64,000 nucleotides of DNA. It comes from Vicugna vicugna (lineage: Eukaryota). Of the stretch, positions 50,992-64,000 are shown one piece after another (positions within the stretch are counted from its first letter, which is position 1; each line of letters begins with the position of its first letter). The position numbers were made by a program, and so were the translations under genes. Location of the stretch: the NCBI GenBank assembly GCA_013265495.1, contig MU058423.1, forward strand, positions 4,386,793 to 4,450,792, read 5' to 3'. The notes beneath the pieces are model-generated. The model ran no database searches, was not told where the DNA came from, and saw only the letters and a program-made list of their open reading frames with translations.

Positions 50992-51240
50992 CGTGGGGCT
51001 CGTTCGCCGGGAGCCGGGCGGGAGCCCAGCCCAGCCTGGTGCGCCTCGGGCGGCGGCCGCAGCGGCGGAGCCCCGGGCGGCGCTGGGCGCGCGGAGGCTG
51101 TTCCCGCCGAGCTTCCTCGGGGCGCGGGGTGGAGCGAGAGAGCTGGGGGTGTGGACCCGGGCGCCGCCGCCCCGCCGTCGCACCCCGAAGTCCGGGCTGC
51201 GCCCGGGCCGCGGCGGGAGAGGACCCCGCGGACCCAGAGC
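50992..51240 (-). other. NTNG1: Probable non-coding first exon of NTNG1 (5' end uncertain)
   Basis: Strong donor ACG|GTGAGT at 50992/50991 at the end of the GC-richest block. Confidence 0.65.
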
Positions 51241-51275
51241 CCCGCGCCGCCCGCCACTCCCTGCCGCTTAATTAC

Positions 51276-51965
51276 CTTCGCCTTTGGCCCTTGGGGGGAG
51301 CCTCCTGCGCGTCGCCCCCTCTCGGAGCCCTGGCCGAGAGGGGGAATTCCTTCCCGTTGACGTCCTCTTCCGAAATGCAAAAGATCAGTGACTTTGACAG
51401 GTAGATGAGGGGGAGGGAACAGAGGTGGGCGGAGAGGAAGAGAGGATGAGAAAGGTGCCTCTCCCTCCAAAAATATAGTGATATTAATAACGAAATCTCA
51501 GCCTTCGGGAGGTCTTGCCAGCCCAGTCCACCGCTTGCCGACTCTCCTCCGCGCCTCCTCGCGCCACTGCCTCTGCCACTTCTCGCCTTAAACTTTTACT
51601 GAGGTGTTTTTTTCCCCCTATTTCTATTTTTTCTCAATCCCCCCCCTTTATTTTTTCCAATTTTTAAGCTGCAGGACGATTTCCTGATTCCCGGGGATCA
51701 GAACCAGCAGCCTGGAGGTTCTACCCCGCTTGGCACAGCTTTCATTTTATTTCGGATGAAGACGTTGAGCTTAGTCAGAAGGGACATAAATCAGGACAAT
51801 TAGCATTGGCGCCAAGAAGATCCTCCAGTACCAATTTCGCCCGGGCTTTCTTCGCGCATTCCTCCACTCAAGTCAGAAATGTCACTGCACATAGCGCTGA
51901 TGGCTGCGAGACGCGACGCACCCAAAGTCCAGTTGATGAAATATACATGGCCCACGATGCTTCTG
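51276..51965 (-). other. NTNG1: Probable alternative upstream non-coding first exon of NTNG1 (5' end uncertain)
   Basis: Donor AAG|GTAATT at 51276/51275. GC boxes at ~51984-51997 lie just upstream on the minus strand. Confidence 0.5.
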
Positions 51966-54695
51966 GATTGCGGTTCCCAGGCTCCCCGCCCCCGCCCGCG
52001 GCGCCTGGCCGGACCCGACTCCGAGCCGGCAGCGGGCTCTCTGCAAACTTAGTGGCGCGTACGAATTAAAGAGTGAGCGCGAGGGCCGAAGAAAGAAAGA
52101 AGCAAGCTGGGGAAAGCTGCAGCCCTCGGAAGGGTGGCATGTACGTTTCACTTAAAAGCAGATCTTCTGCAACTGCCAGCAAGTGAAAGGATTGCAAACC
52201 TTATACTACCTCGAGACCTGGACGCTCCGAGCGGTCCTAACTCCGTCCTGCTTACTGCTGCTGCTCTAACCGCTGCTGCTGCCACTCTGCGACCTCGGGG
52301 TGCCGAGGCTCTGCGACCACCACTCACCTCCCCCACCCTCAGCTCTCCCACCAAGCGCGGTTTTCTAGTAATTCGTCGCGTACCTTTCACTCATGCCCTC
52401 GCCCGTCCCATCCCTCACTCTTGGCTCTCTTCTCGAAAACCGTTCTTAAGCACACCCCTCGCTCCTAGCAGATCGCAACAGTGTTTTTCAACCAACAGTT
52501 CCCTTGCCTAGCCAGCGGCCCCTACAGCGCAAGCCTCGAAACTCCTAATTTAGAAATTCATTCTCCTTTCAAAAGTTGAAGTTGGAGAGAGAGAGCGAGC
52601 TGTGCTTTTCAGGCCCCCTCGACTTACTGAAGAGAAAGACAATTGCCCCCGCCCCACCAGTGGGGGCTCAGACTTACCGGAGATCACTCTTAGCTACACA
52701 CCAACGTCAAGGGAAAAGAAAAATTCAGACTTAGATACTTAGACAGGGAGAGACTTTAATTAAAAAGAAAGACTATTGCAATAGAGAAATCTCACAAATT
52801 TGCAAGCATCTCAAAATCAAGCAGAAAGACCTTTTTGCGTGTTCAAGGGCATAAACGGTGAGGGAAAGTTGGGCAGATGAGAGGGAGTAAACCCATGGCT
52901 TGAACTGCTGGTTTGATAAGAAATGTGTCTCTGTGGCCCACTGATTTGGGGGATAAGCTGACAAGGAAACATGTTCTGCATTTTAGTGTTTGCTCAGATT
53001 GGGGTACACATTAAGGGTCCCTCCAGGAGGAGAGAAGCAGAACTTAAGTCTGGTAAAGACAAAGCGGTGGGTAAGAAATGGGCAACTGTGAACACTTGGT
53101 CACTCACTGCATGTCCCACAGTGGAGGCACAGAGCTAAGAGCAGAGGAGTCTTTTTTTTTTTAATTTTTCCACCATGACTGGTGATGTGGTGACAGAAGG
53201 GGACACAGGGGAGAAGACTGTTGAATTGAGCCTATAATCAGATCCTCCTTGGCCCTAAGCAGCTGGGAAGGAGGCAGGGATTCCAGGCACTCCCACTCCA
53301 GACCCTCCAACACCTGAGAAGCCAGGATAAATCCTCTCTCCCTTGACTCCCTCCAGCGCAGGAATCTGTGATTTCTTCTCTTTCCTTCTCCCCACCTCTA
53401 TTCTCAACCACTGTCACTGCAAAAAGGAGTCACCTGAGGAGTAAACTCCTCAAAGACATTCTTAGACAGTGGCCATTCCTTGCTCTTCACCCAGTCTTTG
53501 CCCATCCTCCTCCAGGGTCAAAATATACCCATTGCAGGGAGGTGCCGCTCACCACCTAACCCTCCTTTCACAGGCTCCCAGAGCCTGGCGCCCTCTGGGG
53601 AGCCAGAAGGATCGGGGAAGCAACACCCACAGCAGCCCTCTCGCTTCTCACTGGCATCCTGGCCTGAATGCTGAGATAGAAATAGCGCTCATCCTTACCT
53701 CTTCCTCCTGCTCTCATCTCTCAAGCCAGGAAAACTCCTTCTGACTTCTCATGCTCAGCTTTGTCTGATTTTTTTAGGTCTTTCTCCATTAAAAAGCAAA
53801 GGAAAATAAATCTCTGTGCAGAGATTAGGGTATTCCTTTCTGGGATAGATATACCAAGATCTTTGTACTATCAGAACTACCCTCCTGCCCTCTCTCCCTG
53901 TGCCACACCTTCCCTCTCTCCCAGAGTCCCTTTCACTAGGATGAGACACCGTTCCCAAATGAGTCCAGTATGTGAATAGAGACCCTCTCCAGTTAAGCAG
54001 CTTCTCCCACTCCAAGAGTGGGAGTCTTCCAGAGGCAAATTTTCCCTCATACATCTATTCCCATCTTTCCACAGACTCAGTAAATCACCAACCAAACAAG
54101 TGGATCTAAACTCTGAGAAGGAAATTTGAATCCCCAAGGAGACTTTCAATTTTAAAACTTCTCATCCAGGTCATGATCCCTCTTCTAGTGGGGATAGGTG
54201 GGAAGGACTTTTTCTCTAAAAAAGCACTTTGGATGGATCTGATGTACTTCCTCAGACTGAGAACCCATGAATTTATATATTAAACCAGCTTTCCTAAACA
54301 TACCTTGCACATTTGTTTACATAATACACAGCAATCAAAAATCTGCTTTAGATATTTTCTTGGCATCAGGGAAAATAATTTAGGGCATACTTACTTTTTT
54401 TTATCATCCTTTGCTTTCTCTACATATATATATTTAACTTTCTTTGGAAAGAATGATTTTTCTGTTTTTATCTAAACTTTCAACTCTATTTCTCTCTCCT
54501 TTTAGAGAAGAATTGTTTGATCTTTCAGTTCTGGCTTCAGATCTCTGTCTGGTTTCCACACATTCCTCATTCTTCTTTAACTTAGATTTTCATCTATTTG
54601 TAATTCTCTTAGGTCTCTATTGTTCATTTTTCTAGGTTATTAGTTTCTCTAAAAATCTTCTTTTTAGAGATTTGGCAGGGTTGTTTAAATACGTG

Positions 54696-54819
54696 TGACG
54701 TCAATATGCCAAACTGGTAATGGTAGCATATTTGCATAATATCTGGTCCAAAAAGATATGTGTCTTCTTACAAATATGATTAAGGTACTTGACATAAATA
54801 GGTATTTGCAGATGCAAAT
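54696..54819. promoter_or_regulatory. CRE plus two POU octamers (candidate upstream enhancer)
   Basis: TGACGTCA at 54696-54703, ATTTGCAT at 54730-54737, ATGCAAAT at 54812-54819. Confidence 0.4.
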
Positions 54820-57199
54820 AATTTTTACCCATTCCCAGGATTCAGTTATAACCTCCTTGGTAACAGGAGCTAATTTTCACTGTATTAAACTAAGACTTAG
54901 ATGTGTGAAATATTCAAATCAGGGACAAGTCCTATTGGACCAACTGTATACAATGTGATAGATATTTTTTATAACTGCTACTTGTGCCCCAGTAGAAACA
55001 TGGTTCCCAGTAGTTGTAAAACCTTTAGCTCTTTCTTGTCTCCACTCTGTGCTCAGAGACATACTTTATTACAGAGCCATTAGCAGTGTAGTTTTGACAG
55101 GTTTTGACATTCCTTACTTAACAGGATTTTTTAATGCTTAAATATTTTGACATTTAAACCTCTTGCAAGTTCTTGACATCTGGCCTGGACTCTGTCACTG
55201 ACTATACTGGCATTTTCCTGCTGTTGTAGGTCCACCAAGTACACTTACCTTGAAACTTAAAGTTTACAAGCCCAAATTATCCAAGTATCAAGCATGTCCA
55301 ACATAGGTATATCAACAATCTCTTTTAGTTCTTCCAAGGACTGATAGCAGACCAAAGGGCATATTGTTTAATATAAGAAAATACACATATTGACTATGTT
55401 ACTGATTCTAGAACATGAAGAATAGCAGATTGTATAAGCCACTGATAGTGACTGTGCAGAGGATGTGACCTTTAGCACTCATGTGGTTTCTAATATATTT
55501 TACTGTGTGAAATAGTTTGAAAATAATAAAATTAGCTGCTTTGGTTAAGACAACATAAAAATTAACAAAATGTGAGTTTTGGTATTTTCTTCAAGTGAAA
55601 GCATGTGAACCTAAAAGATTAACTTTTTTTAGTCAAATACAGATTTCATGTCTTTTTCTATTCCAACTTTATGACCCATGAATAGTTTTCTTTATTTTGC
55701 TTAATCTCTCTCACCCATAAGAAGTCAATAAAAATCACTTCTTAATTTTTATGCTTTTGGAGCATTGTGACCCTAGATGTTTTTATCCAACCAGTAAAGT
55801 CTGTCAGTCGTGGCATCCTGAGCCTTTTTATACCTATTTTGGGTTATTTGTTTAACAGTTTATCTTTTTTTCTGAAGCAACAGAAAGAGTCATCCCAGCA
55901 GTGGGTTTGGATAATGCTGTGGTCTGAAAAACTTAGCAAGCTTCTAAGAACTTGTGTTTTCTTGTCCTTAGTTTGTCTAAGATCATTAACTCAGTCCATG
56001 AGAAAACGAGATCTCATATGTAATCTAGTGTGTTGGCTGGAAAAGTTCAGTCTCGAAAGTTAACAGCTGTGTCAATTTCCTCAAATGTAATTTTTTATGT
56101 TTTCAATTACTCTCCAAAAACAAAATCAGCCACCTTTCAAACAGAGAAGGAAAATATATGAAGGAAGATGAACACCGCTTGCCTAAATTAGAGATCTCTC
56201 CATCAGTTCTTTCCTGATGGTTCTTCTCTTCAATTCAGTAAATATTAATGGAACCCACACCACCTGCCAGGAACTATACTGGATGCTAGAGGTAATACAA
56301 AATCCCCAGTCAGAGTATGCACTGTCATGCTGGGAAAACAAGAGTTATACCAACTGTAATGTGCATCTTTCATATTATACTAGAGATTGTGTAAGAAAAA
56401 TGCAATAGCAAAGGTCAAGTCTGGAGATTCCTTGTGTGCCCCAAATGGGGCAAAGATGCACACAATCAAGAAGATGATACAGGGCTTCCAAAATCTCTTC
56501 CAAGATCTAGACCATGTCCCCAAACTACAATAAAATGCAGCCTCGGTGGTTTAACAGCCTCTGCAAGAGGTTCTTGTACCATCATATAAATGTGCGGCAG
56601 GATACGATAAGGGTTGAGCTAAAATTCGGTGAACCAATGCAATAAGAATATCCATGATGAAAGGCAGTCCATGAATAGAAAAACAGCAGACACAGAAGAG
56701 AAATCTAAGGTCACAGGGTGCCACTGGCTTGAGCTATATTCTACCTAAACGTTTCTCCTTGCTTTTCTTGTCTTCCTGCTTCTGAGTTTAATTTCAGGTT
56801 TACTGTTCTGAAATGATTGCCCTGACTGCTGTTTTTATCAGCTCTATGGCTTCCATCCTTTAGCTTCTATGCTGAATGGAGGCAGTAGAGATAAGCTGGG
56901 TTGGCTTCTAGTAAATAAGACGGATTTGTGCCAAGTGGCCTTTACTTCCCAGTGGGCTGCCATCGCCGTTGGCAAGAAGGCTCCCTCTCCTGCAGAAAAT
57001 GCCTAATTGTCTTAAATCCTACTTCAATTTGTAATGGAGAAGAATGAAATCAGAAGCATTATGAATTCTCTTATTTCAATAAGCCAGGAAGGAACTTGTT
57101 TGTCAGTTCTCCAAACTTGGAGCTCTCATGGAAAATAACACAACTGCAAGATTCCTTTGATGTCATAGAAATTATTTCTTGTTCCCCTTTCCTCATTCT

Positions 57200-57585
57200 C
57201 AAACATGAATTTAACACCTGCTGTGTCCTAGGGACATTAGCAATAACACGATGAATAAGGCAGTCCCTCACAGAGTTTACAGTGTGTTAGAGAAGACAGA
57301 CTTGTAAACAACCAAAGTAACGCTGCTGCAGGAGCTGAGATCAAAACCCACAGAGAGCAGGTGAACCCCAAAGGAAACAATGTCTGATTCTCCTCAGTGA
57401 ATGCTGAGAAAAGCTGATGATGTGGCATATGACCTACATCTCAAAAGATGAGTATATATTCATCCAGCAAAGGGGCAAAGGGCCTTCTGACTAGGAAGCA
57501 GGAGGAACAGAGTCAGGAGGCCTAACGCGATAGGGCATACTCCCGCACTTCCAAGTAGTTTGGTATGACTGCAGCTCATGGATGG
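57200..57585 (-). mobile_element. L2 fragment
   Basis: 'aaacatgaatttaacacctgctgtgtcctagggac...gaataaggcagtccctcacagagtttacagtg'. Confidence 0.6.
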
Positions 57586-58859
57586 CCTTTGTGGTGAATG
57601 CTTCTGAGCTTTCGACATGGAAAATCTGTAACAACAATTGAGAGCAATGGAAGAGAAAAATCAAGAGAAAGGAAGTATCTTATGTTATTGAGGTTGAGAC
57701 TTACGAATATGCTAAAAATTTACCATAATTGACCTACAAAAATGGCAGCTTTGTGTCTCAACCTCACAGGATCAGACACTACCCATTCAGTTCTAAGTAA
57801 TCTGAGTTAAGAGAAGAGTAATCTAAAATAGCAAACAATTTTAAAACTTCTTTATTTGCTTTTGAATACATTATATGTCTTACTTTGGCAAGAGACAGAC
57901 CTTCGCAATGAAGTTTTGCACTTAGATTGGTATTAAAATTAGTTGGATTTCCCCGAGTAAGCACAGACAGCAGGAGAAAGTGGCTGCAGAGCAGACTGGT
58001 GACCGAGAAACTGAAAGTTCAAACGTTTAACCAGGGATAAGCCACACATGTATAATGAAGAGTTGAGTATTAGTAATTATAGACACCAATTAAGCCTTAG
58101 ATGAAAGTCCCCAACCATTCCACCATGGTTTGCATTTCTGCTATCCTAAATAAATGTGTTTCAAACTTCTGTTGGAGAATAACTATTTGTCAAAAAGGAG
58201 GGGGGGGAACAAAATAAAACAAAATAGAAAAAGATGCAGAAATTCAAGAAATTTAGAAATCATTATGCAGTAACATTATGCAGAAAACAGTAACAACTTG
58301 ATATTTACAGTAACCAGCACTTCTCTAAATCAAAGCAGAATTCAGATTTTTTTTTCTTTTTTGGTGAAGATGGGCGTTAATCAAGCTTTTTAGCTGTTTT
58401 TGACCAAAAAGTTAAGAGATAAGGAAAAATGAATAATTTGGTTTTGTTTTTACCTGCCCTCCCCACAAATTTCCAATTGCCTTTTGCATTTATAAACCTT
58501 AATTTTCTTGATTATCTATGTAAAATGAGACTTAGGAAACTACCTCTCTCCTCAGCTATTTCCCTGAAACTGTATCTGCCCCCACTTGTCTGAAGGCTGA
58601 GTTGGCAAAAAAGAAAGAGAACTAGACTGTCATTTACTGTATATCATGGTATATATATTACTGGTAAGATGTTGCAATTATCCTCATATTAGGAGCTGAT
58701 TGTTGGACAATGAGAGCTGAATGCTCATAGCTCATTTAAGCATTGAAAAACAGAACTCCAGACTTTCAGCAACTGAAAATCTGAGACTGCCCTAAATGTA
58801 GGTTTAGCTTAAAACCATTATATGTTTAGATCCTTCAAATAAGTTTTTTCAGAAAATCT

Positions 58860-59020
58860 AATGAGATATAGTGCAAGTAGCACTGGACTAGGAACCAGGA
58901 GACTAACACCTTGTTAAGTCACTTTCTTGCTGTGTGAGTTTGCATAAGCCATTTCACTTCTCTGGGCCTTAACTACCAAATCTGTAAAATGAGGAAGTTG
59001 AGTTAAATGAGTCTAAATTC
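58860..59020 (+). mobile_element. MIR SINE
   Basis: 'agcactggactaggaaccaggagac...gctgtgtgagtttgcataagccatttcacttctctgggcc...tctgtaaaatgagg'. Confidence 0.7.
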
Positions 59021-59829
59021 TTAAGGTGGGATTCATGGGCATCCTACCTTAAAATGGCTTTGGGGGCTTGCTAAAAACCAGGTTCCTGAATCAGCACTTC
59101 CACAGATGATTCTTATTTAAGCATAATAAATTTTAAGAATAACTAGCCAATGGTCCCTTCCAGCTTTTGCATTTTGAGTCTGCTTTGAGGTTGAGATTAA
59201 TTGAAATGAAAGCTTGAGACAGAAATAAATATATTCTTCATATTCTTGGATAACAGAACAGGATCTCTGATTTCTAAAAGTAGTACATAAATTTCTTATA
59301 TAATAGAATTAAGTGGGATATATGTTTGATTCTCTGGAAGATTAGATAGAATGAAGGCCAAGGACTTTGAAGTCATATTTTTAAGAAAAAAAGAAAGTAA
59401 GCATTTGCCACATAATACAGTTAATTTGCAACCATGGTCACTAAGACCCAATTTCTGGAACATATGTATTAGCTATAAGCTGACATAAATCTCTCCTAGA
59501 AGTGAATTACTCAACTTGTAAACACCATTCCTCTGAAACCTACCATAAGATTCAGTCATGAGGTATTAAAAGTTTTGATTATCATATCCTGGTTCAATTT
59601 TTTTCAAAATCAGTCAGTAATTATTGGGCTTTCTTTAGCAGCAATAGCTAACATATCTGTGCAAAATGCCCTGGTGACTTATCACAATCAGACTTCCACA
59701 AAGGTCAAAACTTCCAAAACATTTTAGATTAAAAACTTAGCAGTCAAACTATATACAAGCGTGTGTGTGTACAGAAAGATAGATATCGATATAGATGAAG
59801 GTATTTTCTGTGTATTCAAGTTAAAGTCA

Positions 59830-60072
59830 CTATGAAATGTAGTATGATATATTGGCAAATCCTCAAAGATCAGAATTCAAGTCCTTTAATAAATTGCTTA
59901 ACAGTTGCATGACCTTAGGGAACTGGCTTAATCTTTCCTCAGCTCTCTTTCCTCAGCTCTAAAAATGGGAATAATGGGAATAATGGGAATAATGCTGAGT
60001 ATCTTCTAGGATTACTGTGAAGAATAAATGTGATATTTAGTTAAAAAAACCACTCTGCAAATATTAGTTATT
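59830..60072 (+). mobile_element. MIR SINE with an internal (AATGGGAAT)x3 expansion at ~59964-59994
   Basis: 'cagttgcatgaccttagggaactggcttaatc...ctaaaaatgggaataatgggaataatgggaataatg'. Confidence 0.7.
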
Positions 60073-60129
60073 TACTTCCCACATTATAGTATTGAGCCTT
60101 CCATTGTTAATATGTCAGCATAAATTCCT

Positions 60130-61415
60130 ATATTTATTTATTTAATAGACAAGCATTTCTGGACCATTTATCATGCTTCTAACACTGTGCCAAACACACT
60201 GGAAAATGTAAAAATATAAGCTATAATTTCTATGTTTAAGATACAATTTTTACTGAAGGGTTTTATAACAGTATCACACAGTATAAGGTTAAAAACTGAA
60301 ATATGAATTTTTAAGACTGACTGAAAGAATGAATACAATTGGTCTTCAAAGATCAGGAGAGTTTTACTGAGGGAGGCGGAAGGAGCAAAGGGGTCTGGAT
60401 GGATAAACGACAGAGGGAATTTCGTCAGGAGACTGAGGAAGGGCAGAGGCAGCGGAGCCTAAAGGCCAACCCGTTTTCGGGAGATGGTGGGGAAACAGAG
60501 TCATTAGAGTTACGGTCTCAGGGAGGAAGCTGTGAGTATAGTTTGGAAAATTAGATCAATGGAATATAAGGTTAATGCTCCTTGAACTCCCCAGAGAAGA
60601 ATTTGAAGTTTACCCAAAGGATAATAAGGAGCAATTGGAGCTCTGAGCAGGGGAAATTCATGAATAATGTGATATTTTTAAAGTTAATTTACCTGGAAAT
60701 TTTGTTCATATTGAATCCAAGTACAGAGATAGTACAGGCAGTGAGAGCAAACGGGAAGCTACTGTATGAATGAAGCCAGGTAAACAATCATTTATACTAA
60801 AATGGTCGTTGTTGAAAGAAAAAAAAAAAGTTGATATGTGAGGAAATGGTGAGATTTCTGACAGAATTTATTTATAAAAATAATTTTAAGCTAAACAATC
60901 CTTTTAAATTAGATGAGAATGAAATGTCCTATAAAACCCTTAAATTTTCATTTTTCTTTATATGTTCAAAATGCACATACTTTCCCTTTGTTCAACCAAA
61001 TATTTATTGAGTGTGTAATATGGGCATAGTTCTAGAGCTTGGGATTCAGTGGCCAACAAAACAAAGACTGAACTCACGAACTTAACATTCTAGTTGGAGG
61101 ACAAAGGATATAAACAACAAACATAATTAATAAGTAAATCATCTACTGTGTTTGAAAGACAGTAATATATGGAAGCAAGAAATAGTAGAACAGGGTATTG
61201 AGGGATGGAGAGTGGCGTGTTGAGGGCAAGTTGCAGTGCAAAATGCAGTGGTCAGTTCGGACCTCATAGAGAGGGTGACACTGAGCAGAGACTTAAGGAG
61301 GAAAGAGAGCTGGTCCCACAGATATTTGGGGGAAGAATGCTCCAGGAAGAGGAATCAGCTAGTATAAAGGCTCTTCTCCTCCCTGGCATGTTGGAAGAGA
61401 CCAGCATGGCTAGAG
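60130..61415 (-). mobile_element. Two L2 fragments (~60130-60850 and ~60985-61415)
   Basis: 'ttgttcaaccaaatatttattgagtgtg...cttaacattctagttggagg...gagggtgacactgagcagagacttaagg'. Confidence 0.7.
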
Positions 61416-63904
61416 ATTTAAGATACTTTTTTTTTCAAAGTCTGACAGAAATTTACAGCATATCACATTAATTCATGTTTATGTAACTCTTTGAAGCTTA
61501 ACCATATTTGTACCTTTTATGTATCATACAGCCCTCTATAAAGCAATTTTGAACCTTTGGGGGTAAACATTATATAGTCTGGGGACATGGAGAACAGTCC
61601 TTTTCATATGATGTCAGTCAGTATTGTCATCATTTTTTTTTAATTAATATCATTGATTTTTGTATGGAGATTTGATTTCTGTAGTTTTCTGGAAAGGTTT
61701 TTTTTTTTTTTAACTCCTTTGCCTCTTTTTTTAAGTTTTGCTGCCATCATATTTCAGGAAGGATTTTGGGCCACTTATAGGAATACATAAAAATGACCAC
61801 GAAAAGGGAGCAGAAACAAAGTGCAGGGAAAATAAGGCTGAACATGCACATCATAATGTCTAGGTACCACACATTTTCCCCAAAGCTTACTAATGGACAA
61901 TAAAAAAGAAAAGATCTTATAGTTTAATTGATAGTATCTATTAGATTTTAAAAAAACTAGTTATATAGGAAAAGTATAACTGTTCTTTGTAATATGATAG
62001 GCAAGCATTTTGCCTGAGGGTCCTCAAAAAAGAATACAATGTGATAAAATAACATTTTTTACAACATCCTCACCAAAGATACGAATAGAGAGAAAAAAAT
62101 GTTTATGGAAAAGACACTTTAAATTCAAGACTTTGATGGATTATCTTGAGTACCGCTGGGAAAGGCATGGGATACACATGAAATGATATTTGTTTTAGTA
62201 AAAAAGAACCTCGTTTTCTCACTTAGGATGTCACATAACCACATGTTTACAAACTCTACCAATTACACCCCTGTCATTTGTTCCATGTTAACACACTGAA
62301 TTCAAACCAGGGAAACTCGGATGGGATTCCCAGGTTTGCTGCATATCTTTATGAACATGCTGAGAAACAAGAGACTGGAACATGCTGCCTGGTCCAGCAA
62401 GCTGCTGAGCCTGAGCACCACAGAGCCTAGAAGCCACAGCATCACAACCAGGGTCACACTGGAAGGCTTGATTGTCCCATAATTCAGTTTTACCAAACTT
62501 GTTAAACTCGGTGCTGTGGGAAACACTAAGGATCGTTCATGTGTGCAGCCAGGAAGGAACAATGTCTGAATAACCAGAAAGTAATATCCGTAGCTGCAGA
62601 GCTACTGCAAAGCAGCATTATCATAAAGATCACAAATTAAAACCCCACTACCTGCTGATAATGCTCTTAAAAATTGTTTTGAAAGAGTGGAAAATATTTT
62701 CGATGGTATTATAGTATGCATTTGACGTGGTGCCCGTTACATATTTATCATGATTTATAATGTTCGCCTCACTCTCATCTCTTAATTATATGTCATGTAT
62801 TAGAGTGATGTGAAAATCTCTACTTGCTGACCACAGTGAGGGCACAGATGACCACTTGGGTATGTAAGTTAATACTGAAAGAACAAATGGGAAATTCTGA
62901 TGAGCCTACTTTCAAGTGGAGAAATGACAATACATAGTAAGTAGTGCACTACGTCTGTGAGCCCTGGGGTCAAGAAGTTATTTCAGATGGCTCCCTGGCT
63001 GCTCTTCACAAATAATGTGTTATTTTGAATAATGCGTGGCACGTGGAGATCTTCACACTGTTGACAACTAACCACGAGTTATGATTCGTGGTACCATTGC
63101 AAACCAGTAAAGGGCAGCAACAGCCAATGGTTTTGTAACATAAACAACAAGGCCTGATAGTTATTTCAAGTCCTAAATAAAAATGATTACTTTTATATAA
63201 AGGCAGTTGTTGCAAATTAATTAATTATGCCAATAGTTCTGATAGGCTAGCTTTAAACAATACAATCTTAACACAGAAACAAAATTTATAGTTAACTTGA
63301 CCATTTGTCATTTCAGAATCAATTGGTTCTTACAGAATTTAGGAGCAGGAATTAAAGATTATTCGTTCTGCAGCTATTCTGGGAACACTTAAATGAAATA
63401 TTTTCTCACCCTCTACTCTGCCATCCAAAAATACATTATGGAACAGCCTCAGAATCCAAAGACTTTATTGATTTGAAGTTGAAAATAAAAGAGGAATCAC
63501 ATTCAATGGAATATCAATTGACAGAGTTCTAAATTCAATAAATTCTTTTTCCGATATCAGTTCAGTTCATGACTTGAACTAAGATTCTTTTGCCCTAGAT
63601 TAATAATGTGTACAAGAAAAGGGAAAAAATTCTTGCAACAAATTTCACACTTTGCCAGAGCTTTCTGATTAAATTAATTTGTCACCACAATATGTTAAAA
63701 GGTGGGGGGAGGAGAGGTGTTTATCCTAAGTGATTAAAATGGGTCAGGAGAGGGAAAGGAGGAGGAAGAGACAGCCCCATACTTGCAGCCACATCTCATT
63801 TTAGTTTTCTTTCACTGGTTATATCCATGATGGGAGGATTTTTAAAGGCCTTAAAATATTCCAGGATAGCCAATAGTGAACATGTTTAGATTTGGGGCTT
63901 TCTT

Positions 63905-64000
63905 ACAGGGGACAGTATAATCTTTGGAGGCAGATGTAATATGATCTCCAACTCTTCTACCTAAGAACTGTGTGATCTTGTTAAGTGACTTCACCCTTTC
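63905..64000 (+). mobile_element. MIR SINE (runs off the right edge)
   Basis: 'tctttggaggcagatg...actgtgtgatcttgttaagtgacttcaccctttc'. Confidence 0.6.

Larger units (their letters stand above)
50660..52540. promoter_or_regulatory. NTNG1: CpG island / NTNG1 promoter region
   Basis: Dense CpG and very high GC, especially 50970-51340 and 51890-52090. GC boxes (ccccgccccgccc at ~51984). It lies ~7 kb upstream of the coding exon on the minus strand. Confidence 0.92.

Noticed and set aside
50387..51470. Long ORFs (127-294 aa) on both strands over the CpG island
   Set aside because: They result from GC-rich, stop-poor sequence, microsatellites and the N gap. The Arg/Gly/Pro/Ala low-complexity products have no recognisable domain.
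51806..52511. Plus-strand ORFs (87 and 125 aa) as a divergent gene
   Set aside because: Non-ATG starts, no recognisable homology, and they overlap the promoter. Divergent non-coding transcription is possible but not supportable from sequence alone.
62411..62430. REST/RE1-like sequence (ctgagcaccacagagcc)
   Set aside because: The right half-site GGACAG is missing and there are too many mismatches.

Overview
Mammalian genomic DNA, most likely a camelid: it carries a Vic-1-type tRNA-derived SINE, and I saw no Alu, BovB/Bov-tA, PRE-1 or CAN-SINEs. The window holds the 5' end of NTNG1 (netrin-G1) on the minus strand. A CpG-island promoter (~50.7-52.5 kb, with an 82-N gap) has several candidate non-coding first exons. 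The first coding exon (~43465-44221) encodes aa 1-82. About 43 kb of the next, very long intron runs off the left edge, and about 11 kb of upstream flank lies to the right. The rest is interspersed repeats (L1, HAL1, L2, MIR, MaLR/ERVL LTRs, Tigger and hAT DNA transposons) and simple repeats. I found no evidence of a wholly new biological system. The most notable observations are: a chain of six mutually overlapping uORFs (8 uAUGs in total) in the NTNG1 leader; a possible unannotated intronic promoter/first exon; motif-dense candidate enhancers; a nested L2 > MLT1 provirus > MLT1C structure; and a young L1 with an open RT frame. Repeat subfamily names come from recall of consensus sequences and most repeat boundaries are approximate.
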